Source: Vicinamibacterales bacterium
GTDB taxonomy: Bacteria; Acidobacteriota; Vicinamibacteria; Vicinamibacterales; UBA2999
Reading direction: 5' to 3'
NCBI GenBank assembly: GCA_964202965.1
Contig: CAXNKG010000008.1
Span: 17,968-81,967 of the forward strand
Length of the DNA stretch: 64,000 nucleotides
Shown here: one piece after another, positions 9,568 to 19,341 of the stretch
Position numbering within the stretch: position 1 is the stretch's first letter
How the letters are laid out: every line of letters starts with the position of its first letter
The notes under the pieces: generated by a model
What the model saw: the letters and a program-made list of their open reading frames with translations, nothing else
Database searches by the model: none
What the model was told of the DNA's origin: nothing
Position numbers and translations under genes: made by a program

Positions 9568-10770
9568 ATGCGTCTGCAACGAGTGGCACGGCTGCTCGCC
9601 CTCCTCGGGGTCGTCCTGGCCGGCGCCGCGGCCGATGCCGTGGCCCAGGACCTTGCCATCACCAACGCGCGGATCATCGTCGGCACCGGCCAGGTGATCG
9701 AGCGTGGGTCGGTCGTGGTCCGGAGCGGCCGGATCGTGTCGGTCGGTGCCGCGGCAGCGCCCGCGGGCGGCACCACCATCGACGCCCGGGGCATGACGGT
9801 CATGCCCGGGTTCATCGACGCGCATCGGCACATCATGCCTGGCGATACCGGCCAATGGTTCAAAGAGCAGGCTACGGTGCGCCTCCAGGAATTTCTCGAG
9901 GCGGGCTATACGACGCTGCTGTCAGGCGGCGGACCCGTCCCGGGCATCGTCGAACTGAAAGAGCGCATCGAGAAGGGCGTGCTCAAGGGACCGCGGATCA
10001 TCACGTCCGGCCGCGCCGACCCCGCGAATTTCAAGACGCCTGCGGCCGCCAGGGAGCAGGTGCAGGCGCTGGCGAAGGCCCGCGTCGAGATCATCAAGGC
10101 TGCGATCAGCCCTGCGGCGGAGGCGTGGGAGACCGAGGTGCTCGCCGCGATCGTGGACGAGGGGCGGAAGCACACGCTTGACGTGATGGTGCACGCCGTC
10201 AGTCCGAAGGCGACGGTTGCCGCGGTGAAGGCGGGGGCGCAGAAACTCGTGCACACGCCGCATTTCGGATGGCTGACCGACGTGGAGGCGCGCATGATCC
10301 GCGATGCGGGTGTCGAGGTGCTCTCGTGCGCCGGGTTCGGCGTCCCGGTCTTCGGCGTCTTCAACCAGAACAACGTGCCGACATTCCGCGACGGCAAGCC
10401 GTGGCCTGACGCGATTCTCGACGGCCAGGGAAGAGGACGTGAGGCGGGCGAGAAGATCGTCAACGCACGCACGCTGTGGGATGCCGGCGTGACGTACGGG
10501 TTCGGCACCGATACGGGCTATCACCCGCGCGAGGGGCTCGCGCACGAGCTGCGCACGCTCAACGTGATGTTCTCGCCGCAGGATCTCATCAGGCTGATGG
10601 GGCCGAACACGGCGGCCTTCCTCGACAGGGGCGCGGATCTGGGGACGCTCGAGGCCGGCAAGCTCGCTGACATCGTCATGCTGGAGGGAAACCCGCTCGA
10701 GGGGTACTGGCATCTGCTGAATCCACGCGTCGTGATCAAAGGTGGTGTGGTCATGGTGGACAAGAGGTGA
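9568..10770 (+). CDS. Secreted amidohydrolase
   Basis: Signal peptide; MPGFIDAHRH, VMVHA, FGTD, GTLEAGKLADIV. Confidence 0.85.
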   Translation: MRLQRVARLLALLGVVLAGAAADAVAQDLAITNARIIVGTGQVIERGSVVVRSGRIVSVGAAAAPAGGTTIDARGMTVMPGFIDAHRHIMPGDTGQWFKEQATVRLQEFLEAGYTTLLSGGGPVPGIVELKERIEKGVLKGPRIITSGRADPANFKTPAAAREQVQALAKARVEIIKAAISPAAEAWETEVLAAIVDEGRKHTLDVMVHAVSPKATVAAVKAGAQKLVHTPHFGWLTDVEARMIRDAGVEVLSCAGFGVPVFGVFNQNNVPTFRDGKPWPDAILDGQGRGREAGEKIVNARTLWDAGVTYGFGTDTGYHPREGLAHELRTLNVMFSPQDLIRLMGPNTAAFLDRGADLGTLEAGKLADIVMLEGNPLEGYWHLLNPRVVIKGGVVMVDKR

Positions 10771-10775
10771 GGACC

Positions 10776-12371
10776 ATGCGCGCCCTCGCGCTGCTCGTCG
10801 CGCTGGCCCTGCCTGCGCCCCGCCTGTTCGCTCAGGCGCCCGCGCCCGATCTCATATTCACCAATGGGAAGATCGTCACCGTCGACGAGCGGTTCACGAT
10901 CGCCCAGGCGCTTGCCGTGCGGGGCGATCGTATCGTCGCCGTCGGCTCCAACCAGGACATCGGACGCCTCGCCGGACCGTCGACGCGGCGTGTGGACTTG
11001 CGTGGACGTACCGTGCTGCCTGGTCTCATCGACAACCACATGCACCTGCTTCGGTACGGCACCACATGGAAGTACGAGGTGCGGCTGGATGGGGTCGAGA
11101 CCCGCCGGGAGGCCCTGGCTCTCCTGCGCGCGCGGGCGCAGACGCTGAAACCGGGCGAGTGGATCTACACGCTGGGTGGGTGGGCGCTCGAACAGTTCGC
11201 CGACGATCCGAAGCCGTTCAGGCGGCAGGAGCTCGATGCGGTCGCGCCAGCAAACCCAGTGTTCCTGCAGGCGTCGTACTACGAGGCGTTCCTGAACAGC
11301 CGCGCGATCGAGCAGATGGGCGTGCAGTCCGCGACGGGGCACGTCGACGAGAATGCGTTCCGGCCGCTCGTGGAGAAGCTTCCCGTTGCGACCGGGGCCG
11401 AGCTGGAGGCGAGCACGCTCGGGATGATCCGTGAGCTCAATCGGTCCGGCCTCACGGCATTCGGCAGCGCCGGATGCGAGACGGAGCTGCTCGATCGGTA
11501 TCGCGGGTGGGCCGATCGAGGGCAATTGCACATCCGCGTGTTCTGCATCACGACCCCAGGTGGCAACGTCGACCAGTTGGTGGCCCGGACTCCCGACATG
11601 AAGGTCTTTCAGGGCGATGCGTGGGTCGACCACATCGCCTTCGGCGAGAACTTCGGCGCCCTGTCGGACCCGATGTTCCGTCACCGGCCCCCGGCGAGTC
11701 CATCTGATCTGGCGACATGGCGACGGATCGTCACCGAGGTGGCCAAGGCGGGCCTGCCGCTCCACGTCCACACGAATTTCACGGAGACGATCGACGCGTT
11801 TCTCGATCAGATCGAGGTGGTGAATCGGGACTATCCGGTCCGCAACCTTCGCTGGGTTCTGGCGCATTTCAACGAGCCGAACGCCACGCAACTGGAGCGG
11901 ATGAAGCGGCTTGGCCTGTATGCCGCGGTGCATCCGTGGGCCGTCATCAACGGCGGGATCAACGTGCGGCAGTTCGGCGAGGCCGCGTACGGGATGGCGC
12001 CCCTCGCCACCATCCAGAAGAGCGGGATCACCTGGGGCTTCGGCAGCGACGGCAGCCGTGCCAATCAGATCCTGCCGTTCGAAACCCTGGGCTGGGCGGT
12101 CACGGGAAAGATGGTTGGCGGCCGCACCGTCCTGCGCCAACCCATCGGCCGTGAGGACGCGTTGATTGCGCACACGCGGAAGAACGCGTATTTCGTGTTT
12201 CGCGAGGACGATCTGGGATCGATCGAAGTGGGAAAGCTCGCGGATCTGATTGCCATCGACCGCGACTATCTGACGGTCCCGGCGGAGCAGATCAAGGACA
12301 TCAAGGTCACGATGACCGTCGTAGGCGGGCGCGTCGTTTATGACGCAGCCGCACCCGCGGGTACCAAGTAG
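10776..12371 (+). CDS. Secreted amidohydrolase 3 (YtcJ-like)
   Basis: NGKIVTVD, PGLIDNHMH, GSD, GSIEVGKLADL. Confidence 0.87.
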   Translation: MRALALLVALALPAPRLFAQAPAPDLIFTNGKIVTVDERFTIAQALAVRGDRIVAVGSNQDIGRLAGPSTRRVDLRGRTVLPGLIDNHMHLLRYGTTWKYEVRLDGVETRREALALLRARAQTLKPGEWIYTLGGWALEQFADDPKPFRRQELDAVAPANPVFLQASYYEAFLNSRAIEQMGVQSATGHVDENAFRPLVEKLPVATGAELEASTLGMIRELNRSGLTAFGSAGCETELLDRYRGWADRGQLHIRVFCITTPGGNVDQLVARTPDMKVFQGDAWVDHIAFGENFGALSDPMFRHRPPASPSDLATWRRIVTEVAKAGLPLHVHTNFTETIDAFLDQIEVVNRDYPVRNLRWVLAHFNEPNATQLERMKRLGLYAAVHPWAVINGGINVRQFGEAAYGMAPLATIQKSGITWGFGSDGSRANQILPFETLGWAVTGKMVGGRTVLRQPIGREDALIAHTRKNAYFVFREDDLGSIEVGKLADLIAIDRDYLTVPAEQIKDIKVTMTVVGGRVVYDAAAPAGTK

Positions 12372-12427
12372 GGCGGCTCCGGTCCGAGGCTGAATGCCTC
12401 GAGGCCCGGACCCGCCGAAGGAGACTC

Positions 12428-13954
12428 ATGCGCGCGAAATCCATCGTTCTCGCTCTCGTTGCCATCGGCGCCGGCGGTATCGTGGCGGCGCAAGTCACGA
12501 CCAATCCTCTGTCGACCCCCATCCCCAAACGGGGCTTGAGCGTGCAGATCGAGGATTACGCGCGGCTACCCGACTCGCGCGAGATTCGCCCGAAGAGCGA
12601 AGACGTCACGCAATCGGGGTACGCCCGGGTGAGCTTCGTGAAGGATCTGCCGGACGGCCGCCGCTTCGTGAACGACTCGCGCGGCGTGATGTTCCTGATT
12701 GGCGGGGACCGCAAGCCGCAGGTGTACTGGGAGTTCCACAAGGAAGTCCCGTTCGGGGTGTACAACCGCCTCGAGAGCGGCTTCATCAGCTTCGAGTTCC
12801 ATCCGGAATTCGCGAAGAACGGCCTGATCTACACCGTGCACAGCGAACGGGCTCCCGGCAACCCCGCGAAGCCGACGTTCATCCCGCCAGGGTTCGCGCC
12901 AGAGGAAGTCACGTATCACAACGTGATCTCCGAATGGCGCGTGACCAACCCGGCAGCGACGACGTTTGCAGGGACCCGGCGCGAACTGCTCCGCGTCGCG
13001 CACATTGTGGACAGTCTCACGCATCCGATGGGATTCGCCGGCTTCAATCCGACAGCGAAGCCGGGGAGTGAGGACTACGGCCTGATCTACACGAGCGGCA
13101 GCGACCTGGGATTCAGCAACGGCCAGGGCCCGAAGGCCAACAATCCGAGCACCACGCAGCGGCTGGATTCGGTCATCGGCGCGATCCTGCGCTTCGATCC
13201 GCGCAGTCCGTCGGTCTCTGGCGGGATGAAGGGGCTTGGCGACTACACCATTCCGCCAACCAATAGATTCGCCGCCGACGGCGACCCGAAGTCGCTCGGC
13301 GAGATCTATGCCTACGGGTTCCGCAACGCGCATCGCCTGTCGTGGGATCCGGCCGACGGCACCATGTTCGCCGCCGACATCGGCATGAGCCAGATCGAGG
13401 AAGTGAACATCGTCCGCAATGGCGGCAACTACGGCTGGATGAAGCGTGAAGGGTACTGGGAGAACGGCATGATCCGTCCCGGCGGGGCGCTCAATCAGCT
13501 GTATCCGCTGCCCGCCGAGGTGCTGGATGGGCGTCAGAAGGATGAGTTCCTCTATCCGGTCGCCATCTATGACCACGACGAAGGCCTGGCCATCACCGCC
13601 GGCTTCCCGTACCACGGCCGCATAGAGGCGCTGAGAGGGAAGTTCGTGTTCGGCGACATCGCCAGGGGCCGGCTGTTTGCCTCGGACCTCGCGGCGATGA
13701 AGAAAGCCGACGACGGCATTCCGCAGACGGTGGCGCCGGTGGAAGAGGTGCAGCTGTACCTGCGCGATGACGCGAACAACCGTGAGTTCGTCACGCTCAG
13801 GCAGTTGATTGAGACCACGCTCGGCGCGCCGGTCGTACGCGCCGACCTGCATCTGAGCATCAGCCGAGACGGCGAGTTGTTCGTCACCTCGCGGCAGGAC
13901 GGGACGATCCGGATACTCGTGCCCGATGGAGAGGGATTGTTCCGCGCCAATTAA
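12428..13954 (+). CDS. PQQ-dependent sugar dehydrogenase-like beta-propeller (GSDH family)
   Basis: Signal peptide; FHPEFAKNG, EIYAYGFRN, EEVNIVRNGGNYGW. Confidence 0.82.
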   Translation: MRAKSIVLALVAIGAGGIVAAQVTTNPLSTPIPKRGLSVQIEDYARLPDSREIRPKSEDVTQSGYARVSFVKDLPDGRRFVNDSRGVMFLIGGDRKPQVYWEFHKEVPFGVYNRLESGFISFEFHPEFAKNGLIYTVHSERAPGNPAKPTFIPPGFAPEEVTYHNVISEWRVTNPAATTFAGTRRELLRVAHIVDSLTHPMGFAGFNPTAKPGSEDYGLIYTSGSDLGFSNGQGPKANNPSTTQRLDSVIGAILRFDPRSPSVSGGMKGLGDYTIPPTNRFAADGDPKSLGEIYAYGFRNAHRLSWDPADGTMFAADIGMSQIEEVNIVRNGGNYGWMKREGYWENGMIRPGGALNQLYPLPAEVLDGRQKDEFLYPVAIYDHDEGLAITAGFPYHGRIEALRGKFVFGDIARGRLFASDLAAMKKADDGIPQTVAPVEEVQLYLRDDANNREFVTLRQLIETTLGAPVVRADLHLSISRDGELFVTSRQDGTIRILVPDGEGLFRAN

Positions 13955-13986
13955 ATGGGGTCGGGGGTCATTTAATGAGGACACTC
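13950..13986 (+). repeat. 37-bp dispersed repeat, copy 1 (ATTAAATGGGGTCGGGGGTCATTTAATGAGGACACTC)
   Basis: One mismatch to the copy at 23239-23275; arms ATTAAATG/CATTTAAT. Confidence 0.9.
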
Positions 13987-13998
13987 GCAGGAGGATTC

Positions 13999-16884
13999 AT
14001 GATCGTCAGGTTCGTCCGGGTTCTGCTCGTTCTCGTGATCCTGGCGCTGCCGGCTGCGTCGTATGCGCAGGAGGCGGTGCTCACCGGTACCGTGGCGGAC
14101 TCGACAGGCGGCGTCCTCCCAGGCGTCACCGTAACCGCCGTCCATGAAGCCACCGGCAACACGTTCCTTGCGGTCACCGACGAGCGCGGTATTTATCGGA
14201 TTCCGGCAAGGGTCGGCCTGCTGCAGCTCGTGGCTGAACTCACAGGCTTTGCGACGGTGACGCGGGGCGGCGTCCAGTTGCTCGTCGGCCAGACCGTGAC
14301 GGTGGACCTTCAGATGGCGCCCTCGACGGTGCAGGAAACTGTGACCGTCACCGGGGAGGCGCCGCTCCTCAACGTCGCCACGTCGAGTCTCGGCGGCAAC
14401 GTCGATCCCCGACAGGTGCAGGAACTGCCGGTGCAGGGCCGCAACTGGATGTCGCTCGCCATGCTGGCCCCTGGCAGCCGCATGACCTCGCCGACGGGCA
14501 CGACGCCGCTCCCCGATCGCAACCAGGGAGAACAGCGGGAGTTTCAGCTGAGTCTCGACGGCCAGAACGTCGCGGGCGAGCTGGGGTACGGCGGGCAGCC
14601 GCGGTACTCCCAGGATTCGATCGCCGAGTTCCAGTTCATCTCCAACCGGTTCGATGCGACGCAGGGCCGGTCGTCAGGCGTGCAGGTCCGGGCGATTACC
14701 CGCTCCGGCACGAATGGGTTTTCCGGTTCGGTGCGCGGAAACTTCCGCGACAGCCGTTTCAATGCCGAGAACCCGGTGCTGAACCGCGTCGTGCCGATCG
14801 ACAACCAGCAGCTCGCGTTCACGGCGGGCGGACCGATTCGCCGCGACCTCCTGCACTACTTCGGGCATTTCGAGTACGAGCGCGAGCCGCGCTCGAGCGT
14901 CTGGAATACGCCGTTCCCGGCATTCAACGTCGAGCTCACGGGCAAGCAGACGGTCAAGATGGGCGGCATCCGGCTCGACTACCAGCTCACGCCGCAGGCC
15001 CGCATGATGGGGAAGTTCTCGGAGGCGCGCGTCTTTCAGCCGTTCGGCGCCGGCAACCAGAACCACCCCGCCGAGACCGGCGCGCACAGCGACCTCAATC
15101 GCGAGTACCTGGCGCAGTTCACGCAGGTCATCGGCAATCGTGCGGCCAATGAGATCAAGGGCGGGAAGACCCGCTACATCTTCACCGACGCGAACCTGAC
15201 GACGTGGAACAACCACTGGCAGCGCGGCATCGGCGTCACGACAGGCTCGCCGCGCATTACTTTCACCGGCTTCACGATCGGCGGCAACCGGTTCTTCCCG
15301 CGCCACGGCGCGCAGGACATCTGGATGATCCGCGACGACTTCACGTTCTCGTACGACCTGCGAGGCCGCCACGATCTGCGCGCGGGCGGCGAGTATCAGC
15401 GCTACATCGACGACGGCAACAACTGTCAGTCGTGCATGGGCATCATCGACGCACGCAACGGGCCGCTGCCGTCGGCCGCGCAGCTCCAGGCCTGGTTCCC
15501 GGATCCATTCAACGCAGATACATGGAACATGGCCGCGATTTCGCCACTCGTCAGGACGTACGACATCGGCATCGGCGATTATTCAACGCACGATACACGG
15601 CCGCAGATTGCCGCCTGGCTCCAGGACGACTGGCGTGTGTCCTCCTCGCTGACCGTCAATGCGGGATTGCGGTACGACCTGAGCAAGAACGCGAGCGGCA
15701 ACGAGTACGACATTCCGAATCTGCATCCGGGCGGCCGTCCTGACGACACCAACAACATCCAGCCCCGCGTCGGCTTCGCGTATCAGCTCAATGCCCGGAC
15801 CGTCGTGCGCGGCGGATCGGGGCTGTATTACGGCGTGCCCCTGTCGGTGGAGACGTTCTGGATGGCGCAGATCAACCGGCTCCGCGTCCTGCAGTTCACC
15901 AACGACGGCCGCGCGAACTTCGCGGCCGACCCGCTGAACGGCCAGCCGCTGCCGACCCTCGCGCAGGCGGAGGGGCGCTTCTGCCACGCGCGGAACGTCC
16001 CCGGCTGCGTGCGGCTGGCGATTGGAGAGCTGATTGCGCCGGACGAGTACAGCCGCGACCTCGCGCGCAGCTGGCAGAACTCGATCGGCGTCCAGCGGCA
16101 GTTCGGGGACACGATGGCCGTGGAGGCGGACTACGTCTACACCCAGGGACGGCACGAGAAAGACATCCTCGAGAACGTGAACCTCACTTTTGATCCGGCG
16201 ACCGGGGCCAACTACCCGTTCTCGAACATCGCGCGCCGCGCGCTGCCGGACTACGGGCTGATCTCGATGTCCGCCCGCACTGGACGATCGAGCTACCACG
16301 CGCTGCAGACGGCGTTCACCAAGCGGCTGGCGAACCGGTGGCAGGCCTCGGCGACCTACACGTTGTCCGGATTGCGGGATGCGGAGTCGCGCCCGTTCAC
16401 CGGCCTTCAAATGGTTCCGTTCCCGACCTCACCGGATCTGGGCGGCGAGTTTACGCTCGGGCAAACCGACCAGCGGCACCGCGCGGTGCTGAATGGCATC
16501 TGGCAGGTTGGCCGCGGCTTCCAGATGAGCGGGCTGTACTACCTCGGCGTGGGCGAGCGCTCGACGCACGTGTACAGCGGGGACCTGCGGGGGGTTGGCG
16601 GCGGGGGCGGCGGTCAGGCCCTGCGGCGGCAGCGGTTGCGGCCGGACGGCACCATTATCGCGCGCAACAGCTTCACGCAGCCCCGTCGTCAGCGCGTCGA
16701 CCTGCGCGTGCAGCAGCGTATTCCGATGCGCGGCCGGCTGGCGATTGATGGCATCGTCGAGGTGTTCAACGTCTTCAACTCGCCCAACTGGACGCTGAAC
16801 AGCGACCAGGCCAACCGGCTGTACAACACGCGGATCTCCGGCGAGAACCGGACCGCGCAGTTGGGGTTCAGGGTGGGATTCTGA
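13999..16884 (+). CDS. TonB-dependent receptor (Oar-like, carboxypeptidase-regulatory N-domain)
   Basis: GTVADSTGGVLPGVTV, LPVQGRN, TRSGTN, QDDWR, PRVGFAY, C-terminal Phe; RBS GGAGG; alternative in-frame ATG at 13975. Confidence 0.9.
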   Translation: MIVRFVRVLLVLVILALPAASYAQEAVLTGTVADSTGGVLPGVTVTAVHEATGNTFLAVTDERGIYRIPARVGLLQLVAELTGFATVTRGGVQLLVGQTVTVDLQMAPSTVQETVTVTGEAPLLNVATSSLGGNVDPRQVQELPVQGRNWMSLAMLAPGSRMTSPTGTTPLPDRNQGEQREFQLSLDGQNVAGELGYGGQPRYSQDSIAEFQFISNRFDATQGRSSGVQVRAITRSGTNGFSGSVRGNFRDSRFNAENPVLNRVVPIDNQQLAFTAGGPIRRDLLHYFGHFEYEREPRSSVWNTPFPAFNVELTGKQTVKMGGIRLDYQLTPQARMMGKFSEARVFQPFGAGNQNHPAETGAHSDLNREYLAQFTQVIGNRAANEIKGGKTRYIFTDANLTTWNNHWQRGIGVTTGSPRITFTGFTIGGNRFFPRHGAQDIWMIRDDFTFSYDLRGRHDLRAGGEYQRYIDDGNNCQSCMGIIDARNGPLPSAAQLQAWFPDPFNADTWNMAAISPLVRTYDIGIGDYSTHDTRPQIAAWLQDDWRVSSSLTVNAGLRYDLSKNASGNEYDIPNLHPGGRPDDTNNIQPRVGFAYQLNARTVVRGGSGLYYGVPLSVETFWMAQINRLRVLQFTNDGRANFAADPLNGQPLPTLAQAEGRFCHARNVPGCVRLAIGELIAPDEYSRDLARSWQNSIGVQRQFGDTMAVEADYVYTQGRHEKDILENVNLTFDPATGANYPFSNIARRALPDYGLISMSARTGRSSYHALQTAFTKRLANRWQASATYTLSGLRDAESRPFTGLQMVPFPTSPDLGGEFTLGQTDQRHRAVLNGIWQVGRGFQMSGLYYLGVGERSTHVYSGDLRGVGGGGGGQALRRQRLRPDGTIIARNSFTQPRRQRVDLRVQQRIPMRGRLAIDGIVEVFNVFNSPNWTLNSDQANRLYNTRISGENRTAQLGFRVGF

Positions 16885-16886
16885 GG

Positions 16887-16960
16887 AGGCTCTGGGCTCA
16901 AGGCTCGCGGCTCAGGGAAGAACGTTCTTCCTAAAGCCTTGAGCCTTGAGCCCAGGGCCT
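16887..16960. terminator. Long hairpin of 7-bp units (GGCTCAA/TTGAGCC) between convergent genes
   Basis: AGGCTCTGGGCTCAAGGCTCGCGGCTCAGGGAAGAA-CG-TTCTTCCTAAAGCCTTGAGCCTTGAGCCCAGGGCCT. Confidence 0.7.
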
Positions 16961-16964
16961 TGTC

Positions 16965-18083
16965 CTATCTCGCGAGGAACCGCTGGACCCGGTTGTTCGG
17001 GTCAACCTCCCCGGTGTAGAGATTGCCGTCCGAGTCGGTCGCCACCATGTGCAGCGCGTTGAAGCCGCCGCCGTTGCGACCGAGGTAGCCGATTCGGGCG
17101 GTCACCTTGTCGGTGCTCCGGTCCACCAGCCACACGACATTGTTCATGTGGTCGCCCACGAAGAGCGACCGGCTGTCCTTCGTCAGCGCCAGGCCGACGG
17201 CGGAGCCGTCGCCAAGCGTCGCCGGCGCCACTGAATACTCCCGCACGAACTTGCCCGGCTTCGTGAACACCTGAATTCGGTTCGCCTGCCGATCGGCGAC
17301 GTAGACGTCATTGCCCGCCACGAAGATCGTGACGTGCCCGAGGAAGTCCTTGTAGGTCGTGAGCGGCACCTTCGCGTCGTAGCGCGGGCGCGGCATCGGG
17401 CCGATCTCGCCGAGCGGCTTGCCGTAGGCGCCCCAGCCGCGCTTGAACTTGTAGGTGTCCATGTCGAACACGAGGACGCGGCCGGCGAGGTAGTTGTCGA
17501 TCACGTACACCTCGCGCGCCTTCTCGTCGAAGGACGCGCCCTCGACGCCGACGACGATCGCTTCGGTGCCGGCCGGCACGACGACCGCCGGCGGCCCGCC
17601 GGGCTTTGCCGGCACGGGGCGCTGGGGATGGCGCGGGAACTCGGCGACGAGCTTCCCCGGCTTCGTGTAGATCCGGAACGTGTCCGAGCCCACCCAGACC
17701 TGATCCTTCGAGTCGATCATCAGCATGTGGCCCTGGGGCGTATCCCATGAGTGCACCAGGTTGCCCTGGCGATCGAAGGCCAGCACCGCAGGCGCCTTCA
17801 CGCAGCACTCGGCCTGCGGCGGGTCGACCGCGGCGAAATTCTCGGTGTCGTTCAGGTCGTTGGGGCGATGGAGGACCCAGATGATGTCGTCGTTGTCGAC
17901 GCCCAGGCCGGTCACGCCGCCGAACGTCCACTTGTTCGGGAGCGGGAGCTTGGGCCACGAGCCGTCGAAGGTGAACTTGGCGACGGTCTGCGTCTCCTGC
18001 GCCGCGGGCTGTGCACCGGTACCGGTGAGCAGGGCCACGGTGACCGCGGCAGCAAGGATCCTGGTGAAGCGGGCTGTTCTCAT
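16965..18083 (-). CDS. Secreted NHL-repeat beta-propeller protein
   Basis: Signal peptide; DGSWPK, VYVADRQANRIQVF, HMVATDSDGNLYTGEV. Confidence 0.8.
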   Translation of the reverse strand: MRTARFTRILAAAVTVALLTGTGAQPAAQETQTVAKFTFDGSWPKLPLPNKWTFGGVTGLGVDNDDIIWVLHRPNDLNDTENFAAVDPPQAECCVKAPAVLAFDRQGNLVHSWDTPQGHMLMIDSKDQVWVGSDTFRIYTKPGKLVAEFPRHPQRPVPAKPGGPPAVVVPAGTEAIVVGVEGASFDEKAREVYVIDNYLAGRVLVFDMDTYKFKRGWGAYGKPLGEIGPMPRPRYDAKVPLTTYKDFLGHVTIFVAGNDVYVADRQANRIQVFTKPGKFVREYSVAPATLGDGSAVGLALTKDSRSLFVGDHMNNVVWLVDRSTDKVTARIGYLGRNGGGFNALHMVATDSDGNLYTGEVDPNNRVQRFLAR

Positions 18084-18153
18084 ATGCGTGTCTCCCTTGG
18101 CCGGCATGTCCTCAGCTCGGGGGAACATACACCACTTCGGCTACGATCGTCGC

Positions 18154-19341
18154 GTGCCAGACGCGTTCATCGTCTCCGCCGTCCGCACGCCTGTCGGCCG
18201 GGCCGGCGGCAGCCTCGCTGGCGTCCGTGCTGACGATCTTGCCGCGATCGTCGTGAAGGCGGCCGTCGAGCGCGCGGGTCTCGACCCTGCCCGCATCGAC
18301 GACGTGATCCTGGGGTGCGCGAATCAGGCGGGGGAGGACAACCGCAACGTCGCCCGGATGGCCGTGCTCCTCGCCGGACTGCCGGCGGACGTCCCCGGCC
18401 AGACCGTCAACCGGCTCTGCGGCTCGGGTCTGCAGGCGGCCGCGAGCGCTGCCCAGGCCATCAAGGCCGGCGAGGGCGAGGTGTTCATCGCCGGTGGCGT
18501 GGAGAGCATGACGCGGGCGCCCTACGTGATGCTGAAGCCGGGCGTTCCGTGGAGCCGCGAGGCGCCGGCGGTGGCCGATTCCACGGTCGGCTGGCGGTTC
18601 GCCAATCCGCGAATGCGCGAGGGATGGACGATCTCGCTCGGCATGACCGCTGAGGTGGTCGCCGAACGCTACGGGATCTCCCGCGAGGATCAGGACGCCT
18701 TCGCGGCCGGGAGCCAGCAGCGGGCCGCCGCCGCGGTGCGGGACGGGGTATTCGCGGACGAGATCGTGCCGGTGGAGATGGCTGGCGCCGGCGGAAAAGC
18801 CGTGCGCGTCGAGGCCGACGAGCATCCCCGTCCGGGCACGACCATCGAAAAGCTGTCAGGGCTCGCCGCCGCCTTCAAGACCGGCGGCACGGTCACGGCG
18901 GGCAACTCGAGTGGCATCAACGACGGCGCGTCGGCGCTGGCGGTCGTCAGCTCGGCGCACAAGGGCGTAAGACCGCTGGCGCGCATCATCACAACCGCCG
19001 TGGCGGGTGTCGATCCCGACGTCATGGGCATCGGACCGGTCCCTGCGGTGCGCAAGGCGCTGGCACGCGCCGGGCTCACCATCGATCAGATGGATCTCGT
19101 CGAGCTGAACGAGGCGTTTGCGGCGCAGACGCTCGCGTGTATCCGCCAACTCGAGATCGACCCGGCCAGGGTCAATGTCTACGGCGGCGCCATTGCGCTC
19201 GGTCACGCGCTCGGATCGTCGGGCGCGAGGATGCTCACGACCCTCACGCACGCGCTCCATCGCCGCAAGGCGCGCTACGGCCTGGCCGCGATGTGCGTCG
19301 GCGTTGGCCAGGGTATCGCGATGATCGTCGAGCGACCCTAG
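18154..19341 (+). CDS. Thiolase (3-oxoadipyl-CoA thiolase PcaF/PaaJ-like)
   Basis: GCANQAGEDNRNVAR, NRLCGSG, NEAFA, GHALG, MCVGVGQG. Confidence 0.9.
   Translation: MPDAFIVSAVRTPVGRAGGSLAGVRADDLAAIVVKAAVERAGLDPARIDDVILGCANQAGEDNRNVARMAVLLAGLPADVPGQTVNRLCGSGLQAAASAAQAIKAGEGEVFIAGGVESMTRAPYVMLKPGVPWSREAPAVADSTVGWRFANPRMREGWTISLGMTAEVVAERYGISREDQDAFAAGSQQRAAAAVRDGVFADEIVPVEMAGAGGKAVRVEADEHPRPGTTIEKLSGLAAAFKTGGTVTAGNSSGINDGASALAVVSSAHKGVRPLARIITTAVAGVDPDVMGIGPVPAVRKALARAGLTIDQMDLVELNEAFAAQTLACIRQLEIDPARVNVYGGAIALGHALGSSGARMLTTLTHALHRRKARYGLAAMCVGVGQGIAMIVERP

Noticed and set aside
12372-12417. GC-rich hairpin as a riboswitch or ncRNA
   Set aside because: Short imperfect intra-operon stem with no recognisable aptamer.
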